Source: Octopus vulgaris (Eukaryota). Taken from it: DNA of 64,000 bases. The stretch spans positions 103,354,001 to 103,418,000 of the forward strand of contig OX597814.1 of the NCBI GenBank assembly GCA_951406725.2, given 5' to 3'. Position numbers and translations under genes: made by a program. Under the pieces are notes generated by a model. The model made no database searches. It was not told where the DNA came from and saw only the letters and a list, made by a program, of their open reading frames with translations. Shown in pieces: positions 1 through 13,163 of this stretch (position 1 is the first letter of the stretch; each line of letters begins with the position of its first letter).

Positions 1-352
1 GTGCTGGGCCTCACTGAAGAAAGGACGAGGGACTGGGAGATGTGGTGATTTGCTGTACTTGAGAAGACATGTCAAGCTAAGTAGAATCCCTGTCTTCCAC
101 ATATACAGGCTGGTCCTTTCAGGTGCCGGCGCTACTTGAAAAGCACCCATGCCTGTGCCAATGCTATGTAACTGCACCCGTGCTGATGTTGTGTAAACAC
201 ACCCGTGCCAGTGAGACATAAAATGTACCCAACACACTGTTAAGTGGTTGGCATTAAGAAGGACGTCCAGCTATAAGAACCATGCCACAACAGACAGCTC
301 ATCCCTGCTAGCCAGCATGGAGACTGAATATTAAACAATGATGATGAAGATG
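1..352 (+). mobile_element. 3' end and tail of RTE-clade LINE (decayed)
   Basis: Starts with LGLTEERTRDWEMW-like C-terminal RT text seen in other copies (8688-8954, 24553-24873), then the shared aaaagcacc/ggttggcattaagaaggacgtccagct tail ending in (GAT)n. Confidence 0.7.
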
Positions 353-1104
353 TAATTCCATGGATTACTATGCGTGGAGCATGATTGAGAAAGACATCAG
401 CCACTCTGGCTGCTGCACATACGGACATGCATGTGTGACTGCATCTAGAGAGAGAAAAAGCTTTTGACTAACTGACATAGTCACTCAGACATATTATAAC
501 CACCATCCTCCTCCTCTTATTTTTTCTTCTACTACTACTACTATGGCCACTGCTCTTCACAACTAATTGGTCTGGTGCCACTTCCTCTGATTCCTTTTCT
601 TTTCATGTTATTTCCACTCCCACTCTACCCCCTGTCCCCTACCCTTTTCACAAACCATTATCTCTTGTTCTACCCCAGAATGTTGTTCCTATTACAAATT
701 GTTTTTTGCAGTTATCACCTAGCAACAACAGTTTCCATAGAGACACTCACAGTATCAATCTCACCATTTTTAGGCCAACAGCTCTGTCCTTTCTCTCAGA
801 TTAATTTTGTGATGAATCTGTGTTGCTTGAGGAATGATGGCCTTGGGGGTGATGTACAATAAATGCTGAAACAATTTAGATATTTCACCTTTATGGGGCT
901 GATAAAGTACCAGTCACGTACTGGGATTGGTGAAATCAACTAAGCCCTTCTTGAAATTGCTAGCCACATGCCAAAATTTGAACCCATCATTATTATATTT
1001 CAATGTTAAATATATATTATCAAATTTGTTTGTATTCATGTTTTGTCTGATTCTGTAGATATTCAGCTTTCAAAATATTTTGTTTTTACTTGTGACTTTT
1101 GAAA

Positions 1105-2175
1105 ATGGACAAAATTTAGCATTGTGGTATAATCAAGTACCTGCAAAAAAGGTGTTAGTCCCCAAAGACACTCATACTGACATGGTTGCTGTATTGGGGG
1201 ATGATGTTCCAGCTTTATAAACAGTGCAAAATTGGGCAGTTGAATTTAGGAGGGGAAGAGAATCTGGTCGATGACCCAAGGTCTGGACGTCCTGCAACTG
1301 CTACCACTGAAGAAAACATTGATCATGTTCCCCACATGGTGATGAATGACAGATGATTGACTGTAAGTCAAATAGCCAATGTTATTAGCTTATCCTGTAA
1401 GAGAGTTGAGAATATTCTGCAAAATAAACTTGGCATGATGAGGATTTCTGCTCAGTGGGTGCCACGTTTTCTGACCCCTGATCAAAAGTGCACCAGGCTG
1501 ATCACATCACTGGAAAATCTGTTTCCTTGAATGTTTGCTAACCTAGAAGAAGTGCTGGGTTCATCACTTTGAGCTAGAAACAAAGAGACAATCCATGCAG
1601 TGGAAACACCGCCTCCTCATCTGCTCTAAAGAAAGCCACGGTCATTTCAAATGCTGGGAATGTAATGGCCTTAGTTTTTTGGGATGCAAATGGTATTGTG
1701 TTTATTGATTATCTTCAAAAGAGCCAGACCATCATTGGAGAGTAGTATGCCAAATTGCTGAGATTGTTATTATGAAAGGCTGTGAAGACCAAATGCTCAG
1801 GAAACCTGACGAAAGGGCTTTTGTTCCATCAGCACAAAATGGTCCAGCATTGTCTATGGTTTCAATGGCTGTCCCTATTCTCCTGATTTGGCCCCCATCT
1901 GACTATCATCTGTTCCCCCAACATGAAAAAGAAAAAAACACTCTTGGCTGGGAACCAGTATCACAGTGATGATGTCATGTCCACTGTTGATGACTTTTTT
2001 GACCAACAGGATGAAAGCTTATTCCTCAATGAGATCCAAGCACTGCAACACTGATGGAAGAATAAGTGTGGAGACCGCAATGGAGACTGTGCTGAAAAAT
2101 TAAACCTCATTTAGTTACATTCCATCAAGAGACCGTCTTGGTCAGTGTATGAACTTTTCGGCCAACTCTTGTGTA
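1105..2175 (+). mobile_element. Degenerate mariner-family DNA transposon (transposase pseudogene)
   Basis: Frameshifted translation gives MDKI..IIKYLQ, TVQNWAVEFRRGRES..DDPRSGRP (HTH), QWVPRFLT (WVPxxL motif), VFWDANGIVFIDYL and YSPDLAPSDYHLFP; many stops. Confidence 0.9.
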
Positions 2176-2504
2176 GGGGTGTGTTGTAATTTTTGGCATG
2201 AATGTTGGCATCCTATATTTTTTAGAATTTAAAAATTTCCTAAGTCCCCTATTTCAGTGTGGTTTTGAAATGGCAAACTGATTTTGTTGGAATATTTGTG
2301 AAATATATAAGAATGTAAGACCTCATTTGAGGCATGTGATATTTAATATTTGCTGCTAATTCCAACATCAAATTTATTGGTAATATTTCTTTGTCATATA
2401 TCAGACTCAAAGAACCACATTTAAGATAATATCCTTTGAATTGTTTTTTTTTTTCTGCTTTTTATATGGACGATTCATGAATATTTTACTCTAATCTTTT
2501 CCAG

Positions 2505-2684
2505 ATAACTATTCCAGTATTAAACCAGCTTATTACAAAAATCCGAGAAGATTTGCCAAATTTAGAGGCTAATGAGGAAACTGAGCAGATTAACAAGCAT
2601 TTTCAGAACACACTGGAACATCTCCAAATGCGTATTGCAAACAATGATTCTGGGAGTCCCTCTTATGAAGGACTGTCACTATAG
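2505..2684 (+). CDS. VPS35: Terminal coding exon of vacuolar protein sorting-associated protein 35 (retromer subunit); upstream exons lie outside the window
   Basis: Acceptor ctaatcttttccag ends at 2504. 60 codons [59 protein letters not shown] closely match the recalled VPS35 C-terminus ([40 protein letters not shown]...YEGLIL). Confidence 0.95.
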   Translation: MTIPVLNQLITKIREDLPNLEANEETEQINKHFQNTLEHLQMRIANNDSGSPSYEGLSL

Positions 2685-4389
2685 GAAACTCTAAATCAAT
2701 TCTAACTACCATCATGTTTTTTTGTTTCATTGATGTTAGCCATCTGACACTAGAGAATTGTTCTCTCCATCCTTTGGCTGTAAGTAATTTCTGAATGCTG
2801 CTATATGTGATTTAGGTGGGGCATTTTTTTTTTCTTTTTATATAATCACCTAACTCATGATGTATTATAGAAAGAACTTTTTGAGGAAAGAAACAAACAA
2901 GAAAATAGAAAGGTGCATAGACCTTGTTGAGTATTATTATTATTATCATTATTATTATATAAACTTTATTATTCTATGAAGAAAAACAAAATGATGATTT
3001 GTATTTAACAAGAAATAATGAAGTCTAAATTGTAAATGACTTTCTGGTTGTTATATTTTTATTTAATTGTAAACTGCAAATATACAAAATCTAAATTGAT
3101 TGGGTTCAAATTGCCAGCAATAAATATAATTTCTGTTGGGAATGAGAAAATCTTCTTCAGCTGAACAAAATGTTTCAGCTTTCCTTCTTTTGTTGCCTGC
3201 AGTTGAGGCAATTTTCTGGCAATTTTTCATCAACCCATTTTTAACTCATCTTTTCTTCATTTTTGTTTGTTCTTGTTGATAATTTCTGTTGCTAATTCTT
3301 TAATTAATAACAACTATTCTCTCAAAAGTGACAATATTACTGCCTTCATTGCAAATCTTTACTAATCTGGAATTGAACTCCAATCAGGAGTCTCACAAAA
3401 CTATCCTAAATAATAGTTCCACAACAAAAAACACTCTTTGCAATTTCACTTGCATTTGGTGCTCAAAACAACAGAATTTTCTTATTGTTTTTTTTTTGTT
3501 CTCATTTTTTAAATATTAAGAAACCTAGAATTCCTTTAAAACATGTTTCAGTCAGTTGGAGGACAAAGTTGTTTTTGAGTGCTTCTCATCTCTCATCGCA
3601 AGCATTTCAATGTGTGAGTTTGTGATGATCTAATTGTTCATACTCCAACTGAAATTTATTTTACAACTGTAATCTACAGTTTGTAAGTTTGGCTTCTTTA
3701 CAGCACATTGAGACCTGTTCTGTTTTTAATGTTTTAATAGAAATCATGCAGATTTATTAGGAAATTAAGATATTCATTTAAAAATATCTGCTTTGTTTTA
3801 TATCTGGAGTGAAAGAGAGAAATGAGTTTACTGCAAGTGTCTGGTACATTGGCCATTAGTTTGGAACAAGAAAATGTTTGTTTTAAAATTTGTGACCTCC
3901 TGATTAAGAATTAGATTAGTTTGGAAACTGTTGGGGATCTTCTTAAATGGAATTAATTGATTGTTTGGTGGAGATATTTCTAAATTATCAATTAGAAAGT
4001 TAGTGTCGAGGTTGATGCGACTGAATATATTCTCAAAACTCTGTGATTGATTATTACTAATTAATAAATAAAACTTGAGGAGGAAGATCAAAATATTCTT
4101 GTCGTACAAAAAGCTGAACTAAATTACGAAGTGGAAAAGAAAAAATTTGTTTTTTTCTTTAATGAGTGCTATTTCTGTATAAGTTGTATCTGCTGCATGG
4201 TGAAACAATATGTGATTCAAGAAATTATCTTTGTTTTGTTTATATATATATTTTTTTTTTAATTTTTATTCCCTCCTCCCCAGTTAATCTCTTCTCTTTT
4301 GTAAATTGTTATAGCATTATAACATTGCTTTCACTCTCTCGACTAAAATCTGTTAATGTTCTGGAAAAGTAAAAGATTTTTCAAATAAA
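2685..4389 (+). other. Probable VPS35 3' UTR with candidate poly(A) signals
   Basis: Repeat-poor, U-rich sequence after the stop; AATAAA at 3119-3124 and 4384-4389; true end unknown. Confidence 0.45.
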
Positions 4390-6789
4390 AAATTGAAGTT
4401 TGTTTGTTTGCCTTATCTACACTAATCCTCTGATTTTGTAGCCAAAAAACTGGCTGAATTCTTTCTCACCTGCAATTTTCTGTGTTCAACTAACAACAAA
4501 ATATCTTTTTCTTTGCATTTCTAATTTAATAACCCAGTTCTCTTCATTTGGCATACGAAGAAAGTTGTGTTGGAAGTGTAAACCTTTTCACAAAAATAGG
4601 AGTTAAGAAAATGTAAGACAAAGGATTTAACTAATCGTAAATCCTTCTTAATCTGGTAAGAGTTAAAAACTCAGAATGAGATACAATTTCTAAATCAAAA
4701 GAATCTTCTAAAATTATGAGGTTCTCTACAAAATTAAACAAAAATAAAATGGATTTTGATGCAGTGTGGTGATATATAAACATTTTATTGGGAGGTAAAA
4801 AGTATTTTGATGGAGAAAGAAGCCAAGAATTTAGAAACGGATATGACTGACTGTGTTTTGAGTTGAGATTTTGCCTTGAAAAAATATAGATACATGCGTG
4901 GAGATATGAATATTTATTGATGCTTTGTGATTGGAATTGAATTTTAAATATGGTTAAAGAAATGTATTGAAATTATTGGGGAATCTTTATTCATAAATGC
5001 TACTCTTGAAATATATATTGCATTCTTTCATTTGATATGAGATCACGAGTGGAATGTGGTCAACGTGATGTAACACTAGTTTAGTTGCTATCAGCATTAG
5101 GACAACAAACTGAATATTATTAAATATGGCTGCATTTGAAAAGAAGAAAATATCTTCTCAACCACTGTACTTGATAGATAAATATCATTTTTGTTTTTAA
5201 AGGTTACTTATCTAAAACAGAATTATCATCATTATAATATCCACTTTTCCATGCTTACAAGGACCATACTTAATTTATTGGGGCAGATTTTCTACAGCTG
5301 GATGCTCTTCCTGTCACCAACCATTATTACTAATTTCCAAGCAAGATATTTTCCATACTGCTTGTATGATCAACACAAAGATGTGCTCCATCATGGCCAC
5401 AGACTTAGGGCTGAAACAATTAAAAGCATAGATATCGTTTGGCTAAAATTCTTTAAGGCAGTGCCCCAGCATGATATATATATATAGGCTTCTTTAACTT
5501 TTTATCTACTAAATCTAATGTAATGGTTGGTTAGTAGGTCGAAGATCTTTGTCCAATGTGTCATATAGTGGGACTGAATCCAAGGCTTTGTGTTCAGAAA
5601 CCAACTTCTTAACCACATAGTCACTCTCAGACAAAATGCCTGTACTGTTTCGAAATACTGCTTTACATTCAGATAAAGTCCCCGTCGTGTACTGGAATAT
5701 ATTCATGAAATACCTTAGACGGGGATGGAAATATCATAATTAACTTCCCCACCTCACACATATACCTCTATCAATTTTTGTGTGTCATGTAACAGTCTTG
5801 GTCTGATATTTTCTTTTTGCGTATGTGGGTTATCTCTACTAACGTAACGACCCTTGATACATAACCGCTATTTTTTTTGGCCTATTTCTTTATCATATTT
5901 CATCATTATCTCCCCACTTATATAATTTTGTCAATAAAACTCTATTTTAAAGTCGGAATCAATAAAATTCGTTGCACCACCACAACACACAGAGAGAGAA
6001 AGAGTTATAACTTACGTTCAATGATAATTGCAGTAGCAGTAGCTAAACAGCATCTTGGATATAGACTGGAAAGCGATATATTAAACGTGGAATAAATAAT
6101 TTGAAATGTACGATCATTTTATAAACACCGACTAATTATAACCCTGTTGCAGTTTCTGTGGCCTTACGACGGTGCTTCTGCTAAAAGGGAAACGACATGT
6201 TGCGTTGTTGCTGAAGGGAACCGAGTGGTTGTTTTAACTTAGATCGGTTGTAATTAAGGTGAACTTCAGTAACGAGGAATATAACAGGTATTAAACAGTA
6301 ATCAATGTTGGAGGAAGATATTTATAAAATCGTTTGAAAATATTAAACAATTCCAGATATTACGAAATAATTGGCTTTTTAACATTTTCGGGATGAAGGG
6401 TGGCATGTAAATTGTTTTTATTCCCCCACCACCAAACTCTGACAAAGTTTTCAATTTAATCATTATCTTGTAAACTTACACAATTTTTATTTTTCGTTTC
6501 TAAAACAAGTCCAAGATAAACAAAAACGTCATGAAATTAGCAAATGGGTTATTTAAAAACATTGGTTGACCGGCTTATTGAAAAAAAATTAGGTCTTAAC
6601 AGATATGTAACTAATGCACATTATTATTAGAAAGTAACATTTTGATGTAATTTAGAAATTATTAAATATTTCAAATTACTAAAATAATTTTTTTCGTTTG
6701 TTGTCAGCAAGTTGAACCGGAATAAAGGCCACGCTGTTAGTTAAGTTACTGGAGGTAGAGATGTGATATTTTAAATTTGAATATCTGAC

Positions 6790-6965
6790 ACAAGGCCTGA
6801 AATTTCGGGGAAGGTGGCTAATTAATTAAATGGACTCCAGTAGTTCACCGGTCTTATTTTATCGACCCTGAAAGAATGACAAGCAAAGTCGACCTCGCCG
6901 GAAATTTAACTCAAAGCGTAAAGACAGACGAAATTCTGGTGAGCATTTTATCCGGCGTGTCAACT
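6790..6965 (-). mobile_element. tRNA-derived SINE (family A), partial
   Basis: Reverse complement of the 35100-35335 copy (ttttatcgaccc..gaaag..aaagtcgacctcg..aactca). Confidence 0.7.
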
Positions 6966-8199
6966 TGCTGCATTAAATAGCATGAAGGATAAAATTAACA
7001 TTGAAACTGTTAATTAGTCGTTTTTTACACAACGGCAACAATTTCTACTATTTAATAGCTTATTTTTTTAAAAAATCTGTTAACTCGATCGTTTATTAAA
7101 GTTTGCCTGTAATTTCTTCCCCTCTCCAGATTGGTTAAAAAAATAAACTACAGGCAATTAAAGAAATTTTAAAAAGTCTCGTTTTTTGTGTGTGAATTAG
7201 TGTAAATTACCTCCCTTGTCAGTAACGGCTTCACTAAATTGGCAACTTGGCTCTAACTCCTTGTTACATCGTCGTACACCATGTTATTTCCCTCTCTCTT
7301 TCTTGCCCCTCTTGTTATTACTGTGTCTCCCTTATTGATAAATAATTTTTCCCAATCGAAATGTATCGAACTCATGTTCTGCTACATTCCCCCCACCCAA
7401 ATAAAACAATGTTTTACGGTGTGAGCAGTTGATAAATAGACTCTAAACTGCATTTTGAAAAACCCGTTGGCCGCCTTCTATTTGTGTTGTTTAAACAGCG
7501 GTGTTCTGTTAGCATTTCTGAAATATTGGGTATATCGATTTTACTATTACTACATCAATAATAGAGATCAAGTCCAGTGGAGGCGCTTTCTGGTGGAAGT
7601 TGGTTTTTAAATGAAAGCTGACAGCATTAAAATTAAAATTAATTGAAGATTTGTGAGGGAAATTAATTTGTTTTTTATGATTACATAAAACGTTGATGCG
7701 ATTTACGACGGCAAAATAATTAAAGTAATTTTTAAAATCTGTGTAAAAATCAACATACAAAGTGTTATATTTTCAAATGTAGTTAAATATGGAAATGTCT
7801 ATTAACGACAATTTAAAAGCGCAAATATTTCGGCAGAAACAAACACGTGGTAAACGAGGCAGGGAAATAAGGATGCCTCCCTCACTTTTTATTACAGAGA
7901 GGCCAGGCGATATCAATTGGTGTGCTTTTCAGAACTACGGATGTGCATTGGTGTAACAATTAAGGCAAGTTTAATTCATAAATACGGCGGCCCACACCAC
8001 CACCATAAAAGATGTATACACACTTTTAAAGCTGGTATTTTATTTAATTTACATTTGTTTTAGATTTAACCCAATACATATAATGAAGAGAGCCAGACAA
8101 AGCTTTGAATGAAGGAAATCTAATGGAAGTTAAAAAATCTAGACAAAGTGTAAAGACAGTTTTAGAGCAAGTTTCAAACAGATTCCCCGACATGACTTA

Positions 8200-9030
8200 C
8201 CATCATCATCATCATCGTTTAACGTCCGTTTTCCATGCTGGCATGGGTTTGACGGTTTGACTGGGGACTGGCAAGCTAGGAGATCACATAAGGCTCCAAT
8301 CTGATCTGGCAATGTTTCTACAGCTGAATGCCCTTCCTAACACCAACCACTCTGAGAGAGTAGTGGGTATTTTTTTACGTGTCACCAGTCAGGCGGCACT
8401 GGTGTCAGCCATGTTCAGATGGTGCTTTTTATGTGCTACCAGCATAGGAGTCAATTGGGGCGGGGGCTGGCATCAACCATATTCGAATGGTGCTTTTTAC
8501 GTGCCACTGGCACAGGGAGCCAGTCAGGCGGCACTGGCATCGGACACAACTACAATTTCCATTTGATTTGATTTTGATTTTACTTGACTCAATAGGTCTC
8601 CTCAAGCACAGTATCTGGTGAGACAATTCAAAGGTACTTTTTAAATGGGTTGGTTATGTGACACTGGTGTAGGCTACAGCTGTGATCTCACTTTACTTGC
8701 GGGGTCTTCTCAATCACAGCATATATCCAAAGGTCTTGGTCTTTTGTCATTGCCTCTGTGAAGTCCAATGTTCGAAAGTCATGCTTGACCACCTCATCCC
8801 GTGTCTTCTTGGGTCTCCCTCTTCCATGCGTTCCTTCTACTGTTAGGGTGTGACACTTCTTCACACAGCTCTCCTCATCCATCCATCGCACATGACCATG
8901 CCAATGCAGTCGTCTCTCTTGCACACCGCATCCGGTGCTTCTTATGTTCAACATTTCTCTCAGAGTGCTTACACTCTGTCATGTGTGCACACTGACATTA
9001 CACATCCAGCGGATCATACTAGCTTCAATT
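8200..9030 (-). mobile_element. 5'-truncated RTE LINE with 3' tail
   Basis: ORF 8688-8954 (QERRLHWHGHVRWM...GRGRPKKT) is a typical RTE C-terminus; the tail ends in (CAT)n at 8200. Confidence 0.85.
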
Positions 9031-9364
9031 AAAGATAAGTTAGAAGCAGATGGAACTGTAGTTCAAAATGTCCATAGGAAATGTTCTGGAAGACTGCAGA
9101 ACCAAGGAGGGGACTAAAAACATATTGCCTAAGTTCAAAAAATATGTGCAGCAGCTAAGTTTGTAAAATAGGAATTTCAAAATCACGTGTTCATTGCATT
9201 TTGAAGGTCTGTCATTGAATAACTTACATTCCAGGAATGGTCCATGCTCTCAATGAAGATAATCCTGACTAAAAAATGGGGTTTTGTGAGTGATACTTAG
9301 CAGAAGGTGCACATTTTCCAACAAAGATTGGAAAGAATGAGGCTACATTTCAATTAAACTGCTG

Positions 9365-9395
<31 letters not shown>

Positions 9396-12020
9396 TTACA
9401 AATATGATATATACCATCATCATCATTGCTTAATGTCTGCCTTCCATGCTTGCATGACCACAATGGCAGCCCCCAACCAGTCCTTAGTACTCTGGACCTA
9501 CCATTTGGTGTTTCCTACAGTCACACCCCACAGATGTAGCACTTCAGGAGTTCAAATCAGGAGTCTTAAGACTCTTGATTTGTTGGGGCTCATACAAATT
9601 CTTCCAACTGTTACCAAACATGAATTGTTCTTTCCTCATTATGTAAGACTTGTACATAACGTCTGTCCTCATGAACGCCACATTTGGTTATTAATTTCAC
9701 TCCCTTCAGTTGTTCAATGATGGAACCTCATCAGTCCATTGTTGATGATGACCATGACCCGCAGGATCCACTCAGCTGTTCTGATAACATCTGATTTGAG
9801 AATGATTCTTTCTCTCAGCCACAAATGATACAGAGGCTACTAGCTCTTTCCTGCTTCCCAACCAAGTCACTTACGTTCTCTTTCGTCACCTGCAGGCTCA
9901 GAAAATAGTCCCAAACCTCCTCTGTTCTCAAATATTTCAAAATCCATAGGATGAGGTGGTGAAGCATGTCTTTCAAACATTGGGCCTCACAGAGGCAATG
10001 ATGAAAGACCGAGACCTTTGGACAATATCAGTTCACAATGCTTACCAAGAAAAGTTGAAGCACTTTGAAGAAAACTCTCTTCCTGGTTTCATTCTTAAAT
10101 GTACATCTACAATATTAAAGCAACTATTCCAAAATTCTTTTTATGTGAAATTCCCAAAGTCACTTCCAAATGCATCTTAAATGGGTGCTTTAAGGATATT
10201 TAAAAAAAAAAACTTGGCTCACAGTTACTGACCCATGGGCCAAAACAAAAGAATGGTACTTGGAGCCAGGAACTTTGATAAAAATCAAAGCCCCGAGAAA
10301 TTTGGTCCATGATTAGGATGTGTGTGTGTGTATTTGCTGGAGTATTGTCTATACCATGAAGAGTGTTCATAACAAGCCTCTTCCCTTTCCAGTTGTTATT
10401 GTGGAGATAAACATATTAGTAACATGTGTAAACTTCACAGTAAATAATTCCTAGGAATCCATCTTTTCAAATCGGAAGCCTGCTTTAAATCCTCTGTATT
10501 TAAGGGTCACTCATCATAACTTTGCATCATCACTCTCTATAGATGAACAAGGGGTCATTTGAAACTATAACCATCCCATTGTATTTATTTGATTGATTGA
10601 TGAACAACTAGTTTGCCAATTTCCTGAAATTCATATTCCAAATAATCCCTTTTTTATGATTGAGCCCTGTAGGCCATAGAAGGCATTCTGGCATTATCCA
10701 ACATGATAACAGGGTCTTTGTCCTTTATGTTGTGGCAGTTTACAGGAGATCCTCATAGAAGAGGTTCTTCTATAATAAACTACTGCTGTTGTTGTGGTGG
10801 GTACACAGAGCCCTGTCACTCTTGCTTTGTTGAGGATTTAGCCTCAATTTAATTATTCATCCTCTCACTACCCACACCATCACTTCATCTACTTTTCTAC
10901 TAACAATACACCCACCCTATTGTTATTAAACTCCAAGAGTGCATGCATGTGCACACACACACAGCAGGCTTCTTTCAGTTTCTGTCTGCCAAACCTTCTC
11001 ACAAGGCTTTGAAAACACTCCTAGAACCCCATAACCTCCATGTTGTATTTCTTAATCCACACCTCTCTGATCTTGTTTTCTAACTCTGTACCCTTAATTC
11101 ATGACTTGTCCACATTTTAAATTTCCAAAATTGGAGTAAATTTCATGCCATGTTTCTTGTTTTGGCCTTCAATTTACAAAGATTTCTACAGTCTATGAGC
11201 CTATTTATTCTGTAAAGTTTCTGGCTAGACATAACATTATGCTTTTCAAAATTCTCTCTCTTAAAATTTTGAGTTGTTGTCTGTGTTATTTTAAAGTTAT
11301 TTTTAGAAACTGGGAGATCCCAGCTATTTGAAATAAAAAATAAAAATAATTTAATGCATTCATTCTTCCTCAAATATAATGGCTTGCTCAAGGAGGTGCC
11401 TGTAGAAGGATGCAGAAAACTTATAGTATGAAGAAACCTTTTCACATTTTATCAAGTTAAGCAGATTTTGTCCGAAATCAAATATTTAAAAGATCATATT
11501 TTCAAATAACTTTGTCTATTCATCAAATTGCCTGAAACTTAAATGTGTTACAAACTCACCCCCACCAATTCTTTGAGGCACATTTGGTTCCAAATCTTTT
11601 TTATATCAGTGTATCTTTCCAACTGTAAAATGCTGAAGGCCAATTAAAATTCTTCTCTTGGAGACACCAAGCGAAGAGGAACCACGAAAGCACGAGGTTT
11701 ATTGATTTTTCTCTCCAATGCTAAATATTTAGTAGTTGGTGCCAGCTTTGGCATATGTGGCAATGATGTGCTGCAGCTCCTGGGGCCAGCCTGATTTCAA
11801 GAAGAAGCAGTGTTGTTAAGATAGCCAAACCCCAAATGGGGACACACAAACAACATATTTCATAATAACCATGTGTCTTTTGTTGAGTAACATCAACGAT
11901 TCCTCGTTTAACACTCACCTTCCATACTGCCAACGGTTGAACTATGTTGTGGCTGAATCTTTAATGATGGTTCAACACCTTGCCACCATTTGAATTCAGT
12001 TTGCACACACACATGCACGC

Positions 12021-12052
<32 letters not shown>

Positions 12053-12344
12053 AAACACACTCTGCGCTACAATGAATTTAATGTACTGTATATTTCAGAA
12101 ATATCAGTAAGAATGTTTATGAAGAAAAGGCTGTGCATTATAGTAGTAAAGGGCAGGGAGTGGTGTGGTGGGGGAATGGGGGGTATCTGCAATTATTTCA
12201 CATATAATTAATATAATTATATAACATAATGAATATAATTTCCCCTATTCTCACATCAGATTAAAATATTGTTATTAAAAGTAAAAATAGCCAAATAATA
12301 GTAAACATCTCTTTAACTCACAAATCAAAATGTATACTGTATAT

Positions 12345-12476
12345 ATAAATATAAATACATGCATACACATACATACATATATGTATGTAAGTATGTATAT
12401 ACATGATATATAAATATATAAACATATATATAAAATTACAGGCACATATATATACATGTATATGAATACATGCATA

Positions 12477-12534
<58 letters not shown>

Positions 12535-12823
12535 CAATGTTCGGTAAAAACTTATACAAAAAGCTTTTTTATATATAATTCTTTTCCATACCGGAAAACT
12601 ACTAGGTGAAATTTGTTAATTTTATTAAATTAATAATTTTTTCACCCTATATCTGTAATAATAAATAAATATATATATATTACTTATTATATTATATTTA
12701 TCATTCATTTTATACTTTTTGAAAAAAAAAATTATTATTATTATATATATTACTTGTTATTTATGTATTGGTTATGTCTATCACTAAGTTGCATAATAGT
12801 GGTTTTATCTCTAATTTATATTT

Positions 12824-12856
<33 letters not shown>

Positions 12857-12980
12857 GATGTAATCTACAACTATAATATAATATTTATGTATATATATAA
12901 TACATATATATTATAATAATCTACATAAAATTTTATACGTATATATATATATATATATACATATATATATGCATATAAAT
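12345..12980. repeat. (TA)n/(TATG)n microsatellite-rich tract upstream of the SPS gene
   Basis: Long dinucleotide runs directly visible. Confidence 0.9.
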
Positions 12981-12999
12981 TTCTTTTTCTTTTCTTTCT

Positions 13000-13156
13000 T
13001 CGGTGCTTGCAGCTATTTATGTCCCGTTCGGTGCACCATAGTATAAAGCCTCTGTCCCAGTCGCACGACGAGCGAGTCCCTCTCCATCCGGGTCTTTCTC
13101 TCACCATTCTCTCTCGACGACGCCATAACGTGGCTCACAGAAACGAACAAGCAATT
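13000..13156 (+). promoter_or_regulatory. CpG-rich promoter/5' UTR of the SPS gene
   Basis: Abrupt rise in GC and CpG content just before the first ATG; TATAAA at 13042-13047; TSS not determinable. Confidence 0.5.
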
Positions 13157-13163
13157 ATGTCCG
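13157..13163 (+). CDS. SEPHS2: SPS predicted coding exon 1 (ATG TCC G)
   Basis: ATG 13157, weak donor gtcaat at 13164, 85-nt intron ending in a strong ttttccttttcctttcag acceptor; gives in-frame [10 protein letters not shown]. Alternative start is ATG 13293. Confidence 0.55.
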
